Source: a virus
Taxonomy: Duplodnaviria > Caudoviricetes
IMG/VR virus record: IMGVR_UViG_3300032260_000001
Span: 1-62,562 of that record
Direction: 5' to 3' (one strand)
DNA length: 62,562 bases
The notes below the pieces were generated by a model. The model did not search any database, was not told the DNA's origin, and saw nothing but the letters and a program-made list of their open reading frames with translations. Both the position numbers and the translations under genes were made by a program. Of this stretch, positions 33,802 to 43,107 are shown in pieces; position 1 is the first letter of the stretch, and every line of letters begins with the position of its first letter.

Positions 33802-34547
33802 ACAGCACCTACCGCATAGCTGTTCTGTTCGACGTTAGGAAGCTCATCTTTCCACCCCAAAGCCCTAATCCAGGTTGAGGGGTATGGGATGAATTGCCCA
33901 CCGTCTTTTGTCCACTCCACCGAAGTCTTGGCCTGCTGTACTGCCTTTATCATCACGTTAACCAGCTGCTCGTTCGGGTTTAGTTGTTTGAATGCCTTCT
34001 CAGCCTGCCCTTTTGATTTCTTTCTCGGGTACACGGCATAGAACTTTTCAAATAAATCATTTGCGGATGGCGTTGTTATTTTTGTAACGTCATTCCCGTG
34101 GGAGGGGATATTGTTATTATTGTTGTTATTACTATTGTTATTAGGGGTAAGCTGCTTACCCCCCTTTGTCGAACAGTTTGCCCCCCTTTGATCAACAGTT
34201 TGCCCCCCTTTGTCCAAGGTAGGTAAATTACTTACCCCCCTTAAAATGCTTTCTGGAATACCAATTTCATACTCATTTTGCAGCTGCTCCCCCCCCTTCG
34301 TCATCACAGACCTGGTATTGATTCTCTTCGTTAACCAGCCCTCGTCATGAAGGTAATTAAGCCATTTTGTGACCGTAGGTTTAGTCAGCCCCGTTTCTTT
34401 GATAATGCGAGGCACAGACGGCCACGCGACATTGTGTTCATAGTTCATAAACGTAGACAAATACAGCGCTAGATATTTTGCATTTGCAGGCAAAGAGCTT
34501 TTTTTAACTAGCTGAGCCCAATTAAAACAGGTTAAATCCATCATCAA
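33798..34547 (-). CDS. Replication initiator (lambda O-like)
   Basis: N-terminal HTH (AWPS..RIIKETGL), internal iterons, C-terminal FEKFYAVYPRK...PYPSTW domain. Confidence 0.85.
   Translation of the reverse strand: MMMDLTCFNWAQLVKKSSLPANAKYLALYLSTFMNYEHNVAWPSVPRIIKETGLTKPTVTKWLNYLHDEGWLTKRINTRSVMTKGGEQLQNEYEIGIPESILRGVSNLPTLDKGGQTVDQRGANCSTKGGKQLTPNNNSNNNNNNNIPSHGNDVTKITTPSANDLFEKFYAVYPRKKSKGQAEKAFKQLNPNEQLVNVMIKAVQQAKTSVEWTKDGGQFIPYPSTWIRALGWKDELPNVEQNSYAVGAV
34155..34242. repeat. Iterons/replication origin inside initiator gene
   Basis: CCCCCCTTTG at 34159, 34181, 34203 (22-bp period) plus a partial copy at 34235, next to an AT-rich tract. Confidence 0.8.
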
Positions 34548-34753
34548 TCAGCCTTAGGACAGCCGCCGAGAGCCGCCATCGTATGCCTAGCCTTAGGCAA
34601 TGGTAGGCGTCCCGAGGTAGTGGAAATCACCTCCCACGACTCCTCATTATCATCGTTATCAACGCGTTCACGCCTGGCCAGCGCGAAAATTAGCCGTGCA
34701 TTAAGCGCCATTAACAATTCGTTGAAATCATCTTCAACATCAGATTTTCCCAT
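34544..34753 (-). CDS. Hypothetical protein (cII position)
   Basis: AGGAGG RBS. Confidence 0.55.
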   Translation of the reverse strand: MGKSDVEDDFNELLMALNARLIFALARRERVDNDDNEESWEVISTTSGRLPLPKARHTMAALGGCPKAD

Positions 34754-34767
34754 TTGCCCTCCTGCGT

Positions 34768-34995
34768 TTATGGTGAGTTAAGCAGCCCTTGAAGCCTTTC
34801 CGAGTCCGACGGCCAGCTTTCCCCAGGGAATAAAACCGTGCGAGCTTTTAACTCTTGCTTCTCAGGGATAGGATCGTCCAACCCCCATTGAGACACGGCT
34901 GCCCGGCTAACATCGAAATCTTCGGCTATAGCCGCCTTATCTTCGTAAAAATCAAGTAAATCGTTGACAGTAATCATGAACGATAAGTAAAGCAC
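34768..34995 (-). CDS. Cro-like HTH protein
   Basis: KAAIAEDFDVSRAAVSQW...IPE; divergent from repressor. Confidence 0.8.
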   Translation of the reverse strand: MLYLSFMITVNDLLDFYEDKAAIAEDFDVSRAAVSQWGLDDPIPEKQELKARTVLFPGESWPSDSERLQGLLNSP

Positions 34996-35078
34996 TACTT
35001 GCTTATATAATCAAGTACCGATTGATTTACGATCAATTAACGCTTGATTCATTGATAATTGTTAAGCTGTGCTTTATC
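34986..35078. promoter_or_regulatory. OR-like operator cluster (AATCAAG-N5-CTTGATT family)
   Basis: 19-bp imperfect palindromes at 34986, 35009, 35031, 35060. Confidence 0.7.
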
Positions 35079-35086
35079 CTTAAAGC

Positions 35087-35482
35087 ATGAACAGACGAGA
35101 TGATGTACATATACTTATAAGAAACACACGAAGAGCTGCGGGCCTAAAGCAGAGTGATATCGCGGCTGCCTGCACCCCAGCCATTACAAATTCTGCTGTG
35201 TCACATTGGGAACACACAGACCCAGACATAAGGACAAAACCAAACGATAACCAATTGAAATTAGTAGCAAAACTGACCAACAAACCGCTGTCTTATTTTT
35301 TTGTAGAGGAAACCGGCGAAACGTCAGACCAATACCGAGTGAAAGAATCAAGCTCTTCTTTTCAACCCGCTGATAATCAAGTTTTTGAATTACTTGATAT
35401 TTTTAAAGGGCACGACTTTTACGACCGTCAGAAAATTTTAAACTTTGCAAAACAACTACCAAAAACTAAGGAAATCAAGTGA
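35087..35482 (+). CDS. CI-like XRE repressor without an S24 peptidase domain
   Basis: RRAAGLKQSDIA...SAVSHWE...KP HTH; 131 aa. Confidence 0.8.
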   Translation: MNRRDDVHILIRNTRRAAGLKQSDIAAACTPAITNSAVSHWEHTDPDIRTKPNDNQLKLVAKLTNKPLSYFFVEETGETSDQYRVKESSSSFQPADNQVFELLDIFKGHDFYDRQKILNFAKQLPKTKEIK

Positions 35483-36120
35483 CTAGATCAATGATTATAC
35501 AGCCGCAAGATATATCTGATATTGAACAAGAAGCCCTGACTGATGGCCGACTTAACGTCCTGCCTCACGCCTTTTGGTCTCAATTCACGCCAGATCAAAT
35601 TAGGTTTTTTTGCTGGAAAAACGGCTGTTACTCTATCCCCACGGTTGAACTGGTTAACTGGTTAAACGAAAGGATAGCCGGGAAGAAAACAATTGAAATC
35701 GGCGCTGGGAATGGGGTTCTGGCCAAGGCACTAGATATAGGGGCTGTCGATAACTATCAGCAACAGATGGCTAAATATAAGCTTTTTTATCTAAACACAA
35801 ACCAGCCTATCATTCGTTACGGGAAAAACGTGGCTAAAATTGGTGCTAACGAGGCCGTTGAATACGAGAAGCCAGAAGTCGTCATAGGCTCGTGGATAAC
35901 AGAGCGCTATGACCCGGCCTACCACAGATACGGCGGGAATGAGATTGGCCCCAGACAGCTTGAAATAATAGATCAAGTAGATACGTACTATCTCATCGGC
36001 AATACGGACATACACCACAACCCAAAGCTAATGAATTTAAAACCAAAAATACATCGCATACCGCTGATATCCAGGGCGTTCGACCCTCACAAGAACGTGA
36101 TATTCGAATTCTCCAAATAA
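35479..36120 (+). CDS. SAM-dependent methyltransferase-like protein, co-transcribed with repressor
   Basis: IEIGAGNGVLA motif I; GTGA coupling. Confidence 0.6.
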   Translation: MTRSMIIQPQDISDIEQEALTDGRLNVLPHAFWSQFTPDQIRFFCWKNGCYSIPTVELVNWLNERIAGKKTIEIGAGNGVLAKALDIGAVDNYQQQMAKYKLFYLNTNQPIIRYGKNVAKIGANEAVEYEKPEVVIGSWITERYDPAYHRYGGNEIGPRQLEIIDQVDTYYLIGNTDIHHNPKLMNLKPKIHRIPLISRAFDPHKNVIFEFSK

Positions 36121-36143
36121 CCTAAACCGCCTCATCAAAACCC

Positions 36144-36170
36144 AGGCCCGCTATTCAGTGGGCTTTTTTT
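36144..36170 (+). terminator. Intrinsic terminator of the repressor operon
   Basis: GCCCGC/GTGGGC hairpin plus T7. Confidence 0.75.
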
Positions 36171-36179
36171 GCCTTGTAA

Positions 36180-36221
36180 AATCAAGCGTCACTTGATTAT
36201 TCAATAAAGCCGTGCTTTACT
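36180..36221. promoter_or_regulatory. OL-like operators
   Basis: AATCAAGcgtcaCTTGATT (perfect arms) and AATAAAGccgtgCTTTACT, 23 bp apart. Confidence 0.75.
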
Positions 36222-36253
36222 TCTTTAAGTTTATTCGAATATTTGAATATAGA

Positions 36254-36327
36254 CGCGGGGTGATGTAACGGAAACATTCTGGGCTCATGCCCCGGCTCTG
36301 AGGGTTCGAATCCCTTCCCCGCTACCA
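36254..36327 (+). tRNA. tRNA-Met(CAT), initiator-like
   Basis: C1:T72 mismatch, three G-C pairs in anticodon stem, TTCGAAT, CCA. Confidence 0.85.
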
Positions 36328-36332
36328 ATTAA

Positions 36333-36635
36333 ATGATTAAAGAAGAGCGCCTTATCCACCTAGAAAACGACCATAGATGTGCCACCAAATGGCTAAATAT
36401 GGGGCCGTCAGGGCTTCACGAACCCATTGTCGAAGGGCCTTACTTGGATGATATCGCCAACTTAACAATTGACGGTTTAAATAACGGAAAAAACAACAGC
36501 AAAGAAGTATGGATCAAGCTCACTCAAGGGGCTAGAGAGTACTTTAACGAAGAATTCAAGAGTTTAGATCATGAAGACCCAAGCCATAAACAGTGGCTTA
36601 AAGAACAAATCGCAGACGCAACACGACCGCTTTGA
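36333..36635 (+). CDS. Hypothetical protein
   Basis: ORF track. Confidence 0.5.
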   Translation: MIKEERLIHLENDHRCATKWLNMGPSGLHEPIVEGPYLDDIANLTIDGLNNGKNNSKEVWIKLTQGAREYFNEEFKSLDHEDPSHKQWLKEQIADATRPL

Positions 36636-36796
36636 AAATCATAGCGGAAGCCCTTCTATGGGCAGTACTCCTTGTATTGATATCTGTGATTCTAACGCTA
36701 CTGACGGTTGTCTCGACTACCTCTGTAACGGATGTGCAATAGCAAAGCTTTTTTTGACCAAACAAAATGCTGCCATTTAAAGAGGAAAAGTAAGGC

Positions 36797-37513
36797 ATGT
36801 CTGACAACGTAGATATCTGGTCAAAAGTAGATCAAACAGATCCCAGTGGCACAAAAACCGCTGAACTGGGAGGCAGAATTATCACCTCCATCAACGGCAC
36901 CTATATTGCTAAGAAGGCAACTGAACTTTTTGGCCCTATCGGTATTGGATGGGGTTATGACATTGAAGAAGACCGCCTAGATACCGCCGGGCCAATCTTT
37001 GATAAGAAAAGCGGCGAAAAAATATGTGACGCCCTGAACCACACCATAAGACTGCGCTTTTGGTATAAGCGAGGCGAAGAGAAAGGGGTTATTTTCCATT
37101 TTGGTCACACCAAATACATCTACGCAACCAAATACGGCTTTACTGCAGATGAAGAAGCCCCAAAAAAATCAGTAACAGATGCAATAAAAAAATGTTTATC
37201 CCTTCTAGGTTTTAGCGCCGATATTTTCCTAGGCCAATTTGAAGATTACGAATATGTCGCCGCTCAACACGATAGAGAAGCGCTTGAAAAAGCCGACGAT
37301 AAAGCTGAAGAACAAACAAAACAAGAGTTAGAACAAAAGCAGAATCTTATAGATACGCTGCGATTGATGTCTGAATCTGTCAGCAAATCAATGCTAGAAG
37401 GCCTCTATAAAACAGCCGTCAGGAAAGCAAACATTCGACAAGATAAAACAGCGCTAAGAAAAATAAAAGCCGCAAAAGATAAAAAATTGGCTGAGTTTGA
37501 GGCTGAAAAATGA
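36797..37513 (+). CDS. Rad52/Sak-like single-strand annealing protein
   Basis: ATELFGPIGIGW, DEEAPKKSVTDAIKK..SLLGFSADIF. Confidence 0.75.
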   Translation: MSDNVDIWSKVDQTDPSGTKTAELGGRIITSINGTYIAKKATELFGPIGIGWGYDIEEDRLDTAGPIFDKKSGEKICDALNHTIRLRFWYKRGEEKGVIFHFGHTKYIYATKYGFTADEEAPKKSVTDAIKKCLSLLGFSADIFLGQFEDYEYVAAQHDREALEKADDKAEEQTKQELEQKQNLIDTLRLMSESVSKSMLEGLYKTAVRKANIRQDKTALRKIKAAKDKKLAEFEAEK

Positions 37514-37989
37514 GCACACTATATGAACTAACAGAAGCGATAACCGAACTCGGCAACATGGAAGAGGATGAGGCCGTCATCAATACCCTAGAAGGTATGG
37601 AGATGGAGTTTAAGGACAAAGCCAACAACATCATCCTGCTAGAACGAAACATGACCGCAAACATAGACGCCATCGACGCCGAAATCAATCGCCTCCAACA
37701 GCGTAAAAAAATCAGAAAAAATCGTATTGACGGGCTAAAAGAGTACCTACGAGACAACATGGAGCGCACAGGCATCACCAAGATTGAATGCCCCCTCTTC
37801 ACCATCACCTGCGCCAAAGGCCGAGATATCGTCCTCATAGAAGATTCAAACAGCCTTCCTGATGAATACATCGAAGTTGAAACGGTTGAAAAACCAAAAA
37901 AGAACATGATATTGGCAGCACTGAAAGACAAAAAAGACGTGCCAGGTGCCACCCTCGTTAAATCTAAATCATCCATCCGAATAAAATAG
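37510..37989 (+). CDS. Siphovirus Gp157-family protein
   Basis: TLYEL...EINRL..RKK...LKEYL...VPGA.L...SIRIK. Confidence 0.85.
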   Translation: MSTLYELTEAITELGNMEEDEAVINTLEGMEMEFKDKANNIILLERNMTANIDAIDAEINRLQQRKKIRKNRIDGLKEYLRDNMERTGITKIECPLFTITCAKGRDIVLIEDSNSLPDEYIEVETVEKPKKNMILAALKDKKDVPGATLVKSKSSIRIK

Positions 37990-38001
37990 AAAGGAATAGC
38001 C

Positions 38002-38478
38002 ATGGCCAACGGAATCAACAAAGTCATACTGGTAGGAAATTTGGGTAAAGATCCAGAAATTCGTCACCTGCCCAGTGGTGGAGCCGTGGCTAATTTGGTG
38101 ATAGCTACATCTGAAAGTTGGAAGGATAAGCAGACAGGTGAACAAAAGGAAAAAACAGAATGGCACCGCGTAACGATGTTCAACCGCCTGGGCGAAATCG
38201 CCGAAAAGTACCTGAAAAAAGGCTCAAAAGTCTATCTAGAGGGTAAGCTGCAAACCCGCAAATATCCAGGTCCAGACGGCCTAGACCGCTATGCAACTGA
38301 AGTTATTGCTAACGAAATGCAAATGCTCGATAGTCGTGGAGGTTCCGCGCCACAACAAGCGGGCCGTCAACAGCCACAACAAAACAATGGTTATCAACAG
38401 CAACAAAAACCACAACAGCAAGCCGCACCTCCACAGAACAGTGATTTCGCCGATTTTGACGACGACGTGCCCTTCTAA
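38002..38478 (+). CDS. ssb: Single-stranded DNA-binding protein
   Basis: [28 protein letters not shown] tail. Confidence 0.96.
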   Translation: MANGINKVILVGNLGKDPEIRHLPSGGAVANLVIATSESWKDKQTGEQKEKTEWHRVTMFNRLGEIAEKYLKKGSKVYLEGKLQTRKYPGPDGLDRYATEVIANEMQMLDSRGGSAPQQAGRQQPQQNNGYQQQQKPQQQAAPPQNSDFADFDDDVPF

Positions 38479-38625
38479 AAAGCACCTATTTTATTGTGGG
38501 TATACTATAAGAAATTAACTATATTCAACAAAACTAACTGTGTAACTTGACAAAAGTTAAGCTCTACTTTATTTATATAAGTGTAGTTTAAAAACTCAAC
38601 TTTATTAATAACATAGGGGCGTGAA

Positions 38626-38910
38626 ATGACAGGTTTGGCGAAAAACTTAAAGCAACAGAAAGAAGATCTAAATGAAGCTTTTGACGACGTTCTTTCTGAA
38701 TTAAGAAAATGGAATATTGAAAGCGTTGCTGAAGAGGCGGGATTATCGCCCTCCACTCTTTACTTCTGGCTTAGTGGCCAGACGAAAAACCCAGGAAAAA
38801 ATAACCTTATTAATGTTGCGTACGTAATTGGGTATAAATTCGCTCTTGTTGGGTTAGATGGAAAGCCAAAAGCGAAGAGTAAAAAGCCAGCTTTACGCGT
38901 CGTAAAATAA
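38626..38910 (+). CDS. XRE HTH protein
   Basis: VAEEAGLSPSTLYFWLSGQTKNP. Confidence 0.8.
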   Translation: MTGLAKNLKQQKEDLNEAFDDVLSELRKWNIESVAEEAGLSPSTLYFWLSGQTKNPGKNNLINVAYVIGYKFALVGLDGKPKAKSKKPALRVVK

Positions 38911-38992
38911 TTTAGAAAATATCCACAGACCCTAAGCCGACGTTGTTGGCTTGGGGTTTTTTGAATGCTTTTATAGACAAAGGATAGGTTTA

Positions 38993-39223
38993 ATGGTTAG
39001 TAGTAAACACTGCCAAGACCCAATATTGTACAGAGAATACGACATAAGCAAGCAGTGTGGGCACCAGCTCGTTAAAGTCCAAGTTTTCGCGTCACGGGAT
39101 GAGGAGCACCAGGAATGCCATCACTGTCTATTAACGGAAGTACTTGAACTCCAAAATAAAGATAAGTCAGACGGTAAGTGGGACAACCTTATAGAGCGAA
39201 TAAAGCAGGCGGTTGGGGCTTAG
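38993..39223 (+). CDS. Hypothetical protein
   Basis: MVSSKHC...; AAGGATAGG RBS. Confidence 0.5.
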   Translation: MVSSKHCQDPILYREYDISKQCGHQLVKVQVFASRDEEHQECHHCLLTEVLELQNKDKSDGKWDNLIERIKQAVGA

Positions 39224-39225
39224 TT

Positions 39226-39582
39226 ATGACATTTAAAGTCCCAGAAAAATTCAGGAGAATAACGGGATCAATGGGAAGTGATAGCTCTTATGGTAATAAT
39301 GGCGCATTTTTGATAACAAGCCTTAAATTAAAGCGCCCACTGAATACTATTGCTTCCGATCAAATGGGCTGGGAACACGTCTCCGTCTCCCTGCCTGACC
39401 GCTGCCCTACGTGGGACGAGATGTGTTTTATAAAGAACCTTTTTTGGGATGAGGATGATGCCGTTATTCAATATCATCCGCCAAAGAGAGACTATATCAA
39501 CTGCCATCCTTTTTGTTTGCATTTGTGGCGTTCAACGGATCAAGATATACCACTACCGCCAAAGATCTTTGTAGGAGTGTAG
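39226..39582 (+). CDS. Conserved phage protein (WEHVSVS...PTWDEM...CLHLW)
   Basis: Recognisable widespread phage motif. Confidence 0.75.
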   Translation: MTFKVPEKFRRITGSMGSDSSYGNNGAFLITSLKLKRPLNTIASDQMGWEHVSVSLPDRCPTWDEMCFIKNLFWDEDDAVIQYHPPKRDYINCHPFCLHLWRSTDQDIPLPPKIFVGV

Positions 39583-39615
39583 AAATGGAAATAGTAGGAA
39601 CTGTGGGGACCACTG

Positions 39616-39951
39616 ATGAATAATAGCGACAAGCTAATGTATGCAGAGTCTCTGCTTGCCATTCTAATGATGGATCTAGGCTACGAAAAAAAACCGGGCA
39701 AAAACGTCCCTCTTCGACATCAGATAGCCTGGGATATTGCCGACGACATTCTGGGTGGAGATGAAGTAGCCAATCTATTAAGGGCGGCAATCGACATAAA
39801 AGAATCAGGATCAGAAAAAACATTACGCCCTCACGACGTATCCGAAGGGCATAGGCGTATCGTCCAGATGACGGCGCGGATTAAAGAGCTGGAAGCCATA
39901 ACGGTGGAACTTGAAAGTTTATTAAACTCTTCGGGAGATAAAGTCAGATGA
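39616..39951 (+). CDS. Hypothetical protein
   Basis: ORF track. Confidence 0.55.
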   Translation: MNNSDKLMYAESLLAILMMDLGYEKKPGKNVPLRHQIAWDIADDILGGDEVANLLRAAIDIKESGSEKTLRPHDVSEGHRRIVQMTARIKELEAITVELESLLNSSGDKVR

Positions 39952-40253
39952 AAGATATGAACACCATCCAAGGATATTGGGATGAGCTAATGGCATGCCC
40001 TTCTTATGAAGATATTCCAAAGGATGTAAAATCGACCTTACAGGATATGTTCTACGCAGGGGCTATAGCCATGATGACTCTCCTCCGCAAGATAGATGCC
40101 CAACCAGGCAAAGCGGCCAGGAAAATAATGAAAAGGGAAGTCGAAAAAGAAGTGATGGATTTTAATCTAAACAAATTAAAAGACCGAAGTCCTGAAGAAG
40201 CAGCGGAACTATTAATAAAACTTCTCGACAGAATGATCAGAAAAAATAGCTAA
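39948..40253 (+). CDS. Hypothetical protein
   Basis: FYAGA motif; ATGA coupling. Confidence 0.6.
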   Translation: MKDMNTIQGYWDELMACPSYEDIPKDVKSTLQDMFYAGAIAMMTLLRKIDAQPGKAARKIMKREVEKEVMDFNLNKLKDRSPEEAAELLIKLLDRMIRKNS

Positions 40254-40337
40254 TACCCTTCTCCCCGTGCATCTGTGCGGGGAGCTATCAACGCAATAAA
40301 CCCTCAAAGTAAACAGCTCCCAAGTCAGCAATATGCT

Positions 40338-40409
40338 TACCTAATTAATCACTTAGGTAAATACCTAAGTAAACACCTAATCGTCTACCTAATTAACTAG
40401 GTAATTACT
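40338..40409. repeat. Six 12-bp tandem units (YACCTAAnTAAn), centromere-like
   Basis: TACCTAATTAAT CACTTAGGTAAA TACCTAAGTAAA CACCTAATCGTC TACCTAATTAAC TAGGTAATTACT upstream of parA. Confidence 0.75.
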
Positions 40410-40548
40410 TTTCTTGTTACATTTCTTCCTGCTTAAGTCTCACAACAGCAACCTTTTGAGAAAAAACTATAAATTAACTAACAAACGTATAGACTTTTAA
40501 TACTACGATTGTTAAGCTCAGCTTTACTAAGGACAGCAAAAAAGGAAA

Positions 40549-41238
40549 ATGACTATGACGGCAATTGTATGCGCATCAAGTAAAGGTGGTTGTGGAAAAA
40601 CAACAATAGTTACTCTACTAGCAGGAGAATTTGCGAGAAGAGGTAAGGATGAGAATATGGATGTCACTATTGTTGATGCCGATCCTAATAGGCATAGCAG
40701 TAGCTGGGCATCAAAAGATGGTTGCCCCTCAAACATTAGTGTTGTTTGCGATACAAGCGAAATAAAGCTTGGCAGAACAATAGATAATGCCTCCAAAGAA
40801 TCGGATTTCGTTCTAGTCGATCTAGAAGGTGCTAAATCCATGGCCTTCTCTAATGCTATTGGGCGTGCAAGCCTTGTTATCATCCCGTGCCAAGGTTCAT
40901 ATGATGATGCTGTTGAAGCGACACGTACAATTGAACTCATTCATTCTCTGGAAGAATTGTTACAGCGAAAAATACCTTTCTCCTTACTCTTCACAAGAAC
41001 AAACGCAATCACCAACTCACTGGGCCTGAGGGAAATCATCGCAGACTTTAAGGAGGAAGGGTACGACATGTTCAAGGCGTCCCTGATAGACCGCGAGGCA
41101 TTCAAATCCGTGCGCATGTATGGCGGAATCGTTAACGACCTAAAGCCCAAACAAGTATCCGGTGCCAAAAAAGCCGCCGAAAATGTCAGGGTATTAGTCA
41201 ACGAAGTCGTTGAAAAACTCACAAGCCAGGAGGCATAA
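40549..41238 (+). CDS. parA: ParA-family partition ATPase (type Ib/VirC1-like)
   Basis: SSKGGCGKTT, VDADPN, FVLVDLEG, LVIIP. Confidence 0.92.
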   Translation: MTMTAIVCASSKGGCGKTTIVTLLAGEFARRGKDENMDVTIVDADPNRHSSSWASKDGCPSNISVVCDTSEIKLGRTIDNASKESDFVLVDLEGAKSMAFSNAIGRASLVIIPCQGSYDDAVEATRTIELIHSLEELLQRKIPFSLLFTRTNAITNSLGLREIIADFKEEGYDMFKASLIDREAFKSVRMYGGIVNDLKPKQVSGAKKAAENVRVLVNEVVEKLTSQEA

Positions 41239-41240
41239 CC

Positions 41241-41570
41241 ATGGGTGAAGAAAGAGTAAAAGTAACTGGAGACAAAAGTCTCGCCAAATTCAAAAAAGGA
41301 AAAACAACTGAAGAGGCAATGACCGAGGTATCTGCCCAGCATGGATTTGTTCCACGCACAGCTCAGCCGTTGATGTTAAAAAGGCGCACGGCCTATGTCA
41401 TCCCATACGGGTGCAACACCAGGGTAGGCATGATCGAACTCGCCGAGCATGTAAGTCTAAAACTGAACCTATACAAGCAAGAAGCCTTTGAACAGGGAGT
41501 CCTAGCCCTCATCCAAAAACACGGCTTCGAGGATCTAGAAGCTGAGTTTGAAGAGCTGACGAAAAAATAA
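41241..41570 (+). CDS. Putative partition adaptor (small centromere-binding protein)
   Basis: Directly follows parA with GGAGG RBS; 109 aa, flexible N-terminus. Confidence 0.55.
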   Translation: MGEERVKVTGDKSLAKFKKGKTTEEAMTEVSAQHGFVPRTAQPLMLKRRTAYVIPYGCNTRVGMIELAEHVSLKLNLYKQEAFEQGVLALIQKHGFEDLEAEFEELTKK

Positions 41571-41582
41571 TTGGGGATAGAC

Positions 41583-41804
41583 ATGAATAGAGAAGAAATT
41601 AAGAAAAAAATGGAGCCGTCATTTAAAGCTCTTTTGGCAAAAGGGATTGATCCAAACGAGATTGTCAAAAACCAGTTGTTTATAGCGTACGCAAAACAAT
41701 TTGTAGACGACAATATCGATCTTTCTGAGCTGGTAAGCGTGGCTGAAAAGATAAACCTGGATGCAGGTGGCAAGTACAGCGTGAACCAAACACTGGAAGC
41801 GTAG
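41583..41804 (+). CDS. Hypothetical protein
   Basis: MNREEIKK; GGGGA RBS. Confidence 0.5.
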   Translation: MNREEIKKKMEPSFKALLAKGIDPNEIVKNQLFIAYAKQFVDDNIDLSELVSVAEKINLDAGGKYSVNQTLEA

Positions 41805-42002
41805 ATGGATTTTAGTACCGAACAAATAGCAATGCTTGCCCAGGTGGAAAGAGACATGGATTCAGGAAAGACACCATTTGTCGTGGAAAATGGGCAGCGA
41901 TATGCTTTTCTTCAAGAGGTGTTGGATGAGTTTAAAATTCAATCAGGGCAAACAGTTACTGCGGTGATACTTCTTGCGTTGATGGAAAAGACTTTGGCAT
42001 GA
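41805..42002 (+). CDS. Hypothetical protein
   Basis: Coupled ORF. Confidence 0.5.
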   Translation: MDFSTEQIAMLAQVERDMDSGKTPFVVENGQRYAFLQEVLDEFKIQSGQTVTAVILLALMEKTLA

Positions 42003-42292
42003 GTATAAAGGATGATTGCATCCCTAAAGGCGTGCAAACCCATAACGAACACGGAAATTTAAAAGTGGGGATTTACACAAAAAAACAAATCGAAGAAATG
42101 GACCTAGAGACTGCGCAGGTCGAGATAGAGCAGGCTGTCTACAATGCTGCTCTATTGTTCGAACGGCTCGAAGGGGTGAAAAAAGTTCATGGGAATGGGC
42201 ATCACATGGCTCAAAGAATAGCGGCTCAAGCTAAGGAGTTGTTGGTTGAACGGTGGATAGTGGAGAGCAAAAGTGACCTGGCTGATGGATAA
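41999..42292 (+). CDS. Hypothetical protein
   Basis: ATGA coupling. Confidence 0.55.
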   Translation: MSIKDDCIPKGVQTHNEHGNLKVGIYTKKQIEEMDLETAQVEIEQAVYNAALLFERLEGVKKVHGNGHHMAQRIAAQAKELLVERWIVESKSDLADG

Positions 42293-42641
42293 AAACACGC
42301 ATGTGAACAAGGAAGGCGACGAGAAAAGTGAGCCCGGACTGATGGATGTCAAAGATGTTGCACCATTATTTAACGCCTGGGTTGATCTATCGAAATCAAT
42401 AATTTTGCAAGGGAAAAATGAGATAACCGCCGCGCTCGATAACATGGAGGAAGCTATACATCTGACGCGGAAGAATCTTGGGTTAGAAACCAACGCTGTC
42501 GTTAGTAAAGAGCCTAAAAGGGATTCTGTCGTCGTCGAATTAATTGACGGTAAGTTTGTCGTGCATATTGAGTGCCAAAACAAAGATATTCTTTGGATGC
42601 TTGAAGATGTGGCAAAAGAAATCAAGATAGGGATTATATAA
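42273..42641 (+). CDS. Hypothetical protein
   Basis: ORF track. Confidence 0.55.
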   Translation: MTWLMDKNTHVNKEGDEKSEPGLMDVKDVAPLFNAWVDLSKSIILQGKNEITAALDNMEEAIHLTRKNLGLETNAVVSKEPKRDSVVVELIDGKFVVHIECQNKDILWMLEDVAKEIKIGII

Positions 42642-42659
42642 TTCACTAAATTTAAGACA

Positions 42660-43107
42660 TAGCTATCCCCCTTATATCCCTTGGTCTAAACCAAACTGCA
42701 TAGCAAAGCAGTATAGGATCATCGGCTTCCTTGCGGTTATTCCGCTCCAATCATTCCCTTAGATTGGTTCCCTCTCAGCACTTCGGCCTGCTGAGCCTAG
42801 AATAGATAACGGCTATCGTGGGTATTCATCTATCTAGTAGTCTGGCCACACTCGTTAGAGCGCCAGTGGTCGCGGGTGTTACGGTAGCACTTGCCCGCAC
42901 TAGTTAGTTTTGAGTCCTTCGACATTCACCACTTGGATAACCCGCCAACGTATTGACCTCCGCACGGAGCAGCCAGTAAACATAGGGAGATGAGGAGAGA
43001 AATAGCATTGAAATACTTACATTGTTAAGCTATACTTTACTCTCATCATCTCGATGTATGCCGGACGAGAGGGCTGCAACCCTTGTTTGACTCCGGCGAT
43101 CCCTATA
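42660..43107 (-). ncRNA. Candidate long structured non-coding RNA
   Basis: No convincing ORF, many hairpins, TTGTAT-16-TAATAT promoter at ~43106-43133. Confidence 0.4.

Noticed and set aside
40338-40409. CRISPR array (also considered for 34155-34242 and 28858-30200)
   Set aside because: No constant repeats with unique spacers of regular length, and no cas genes.
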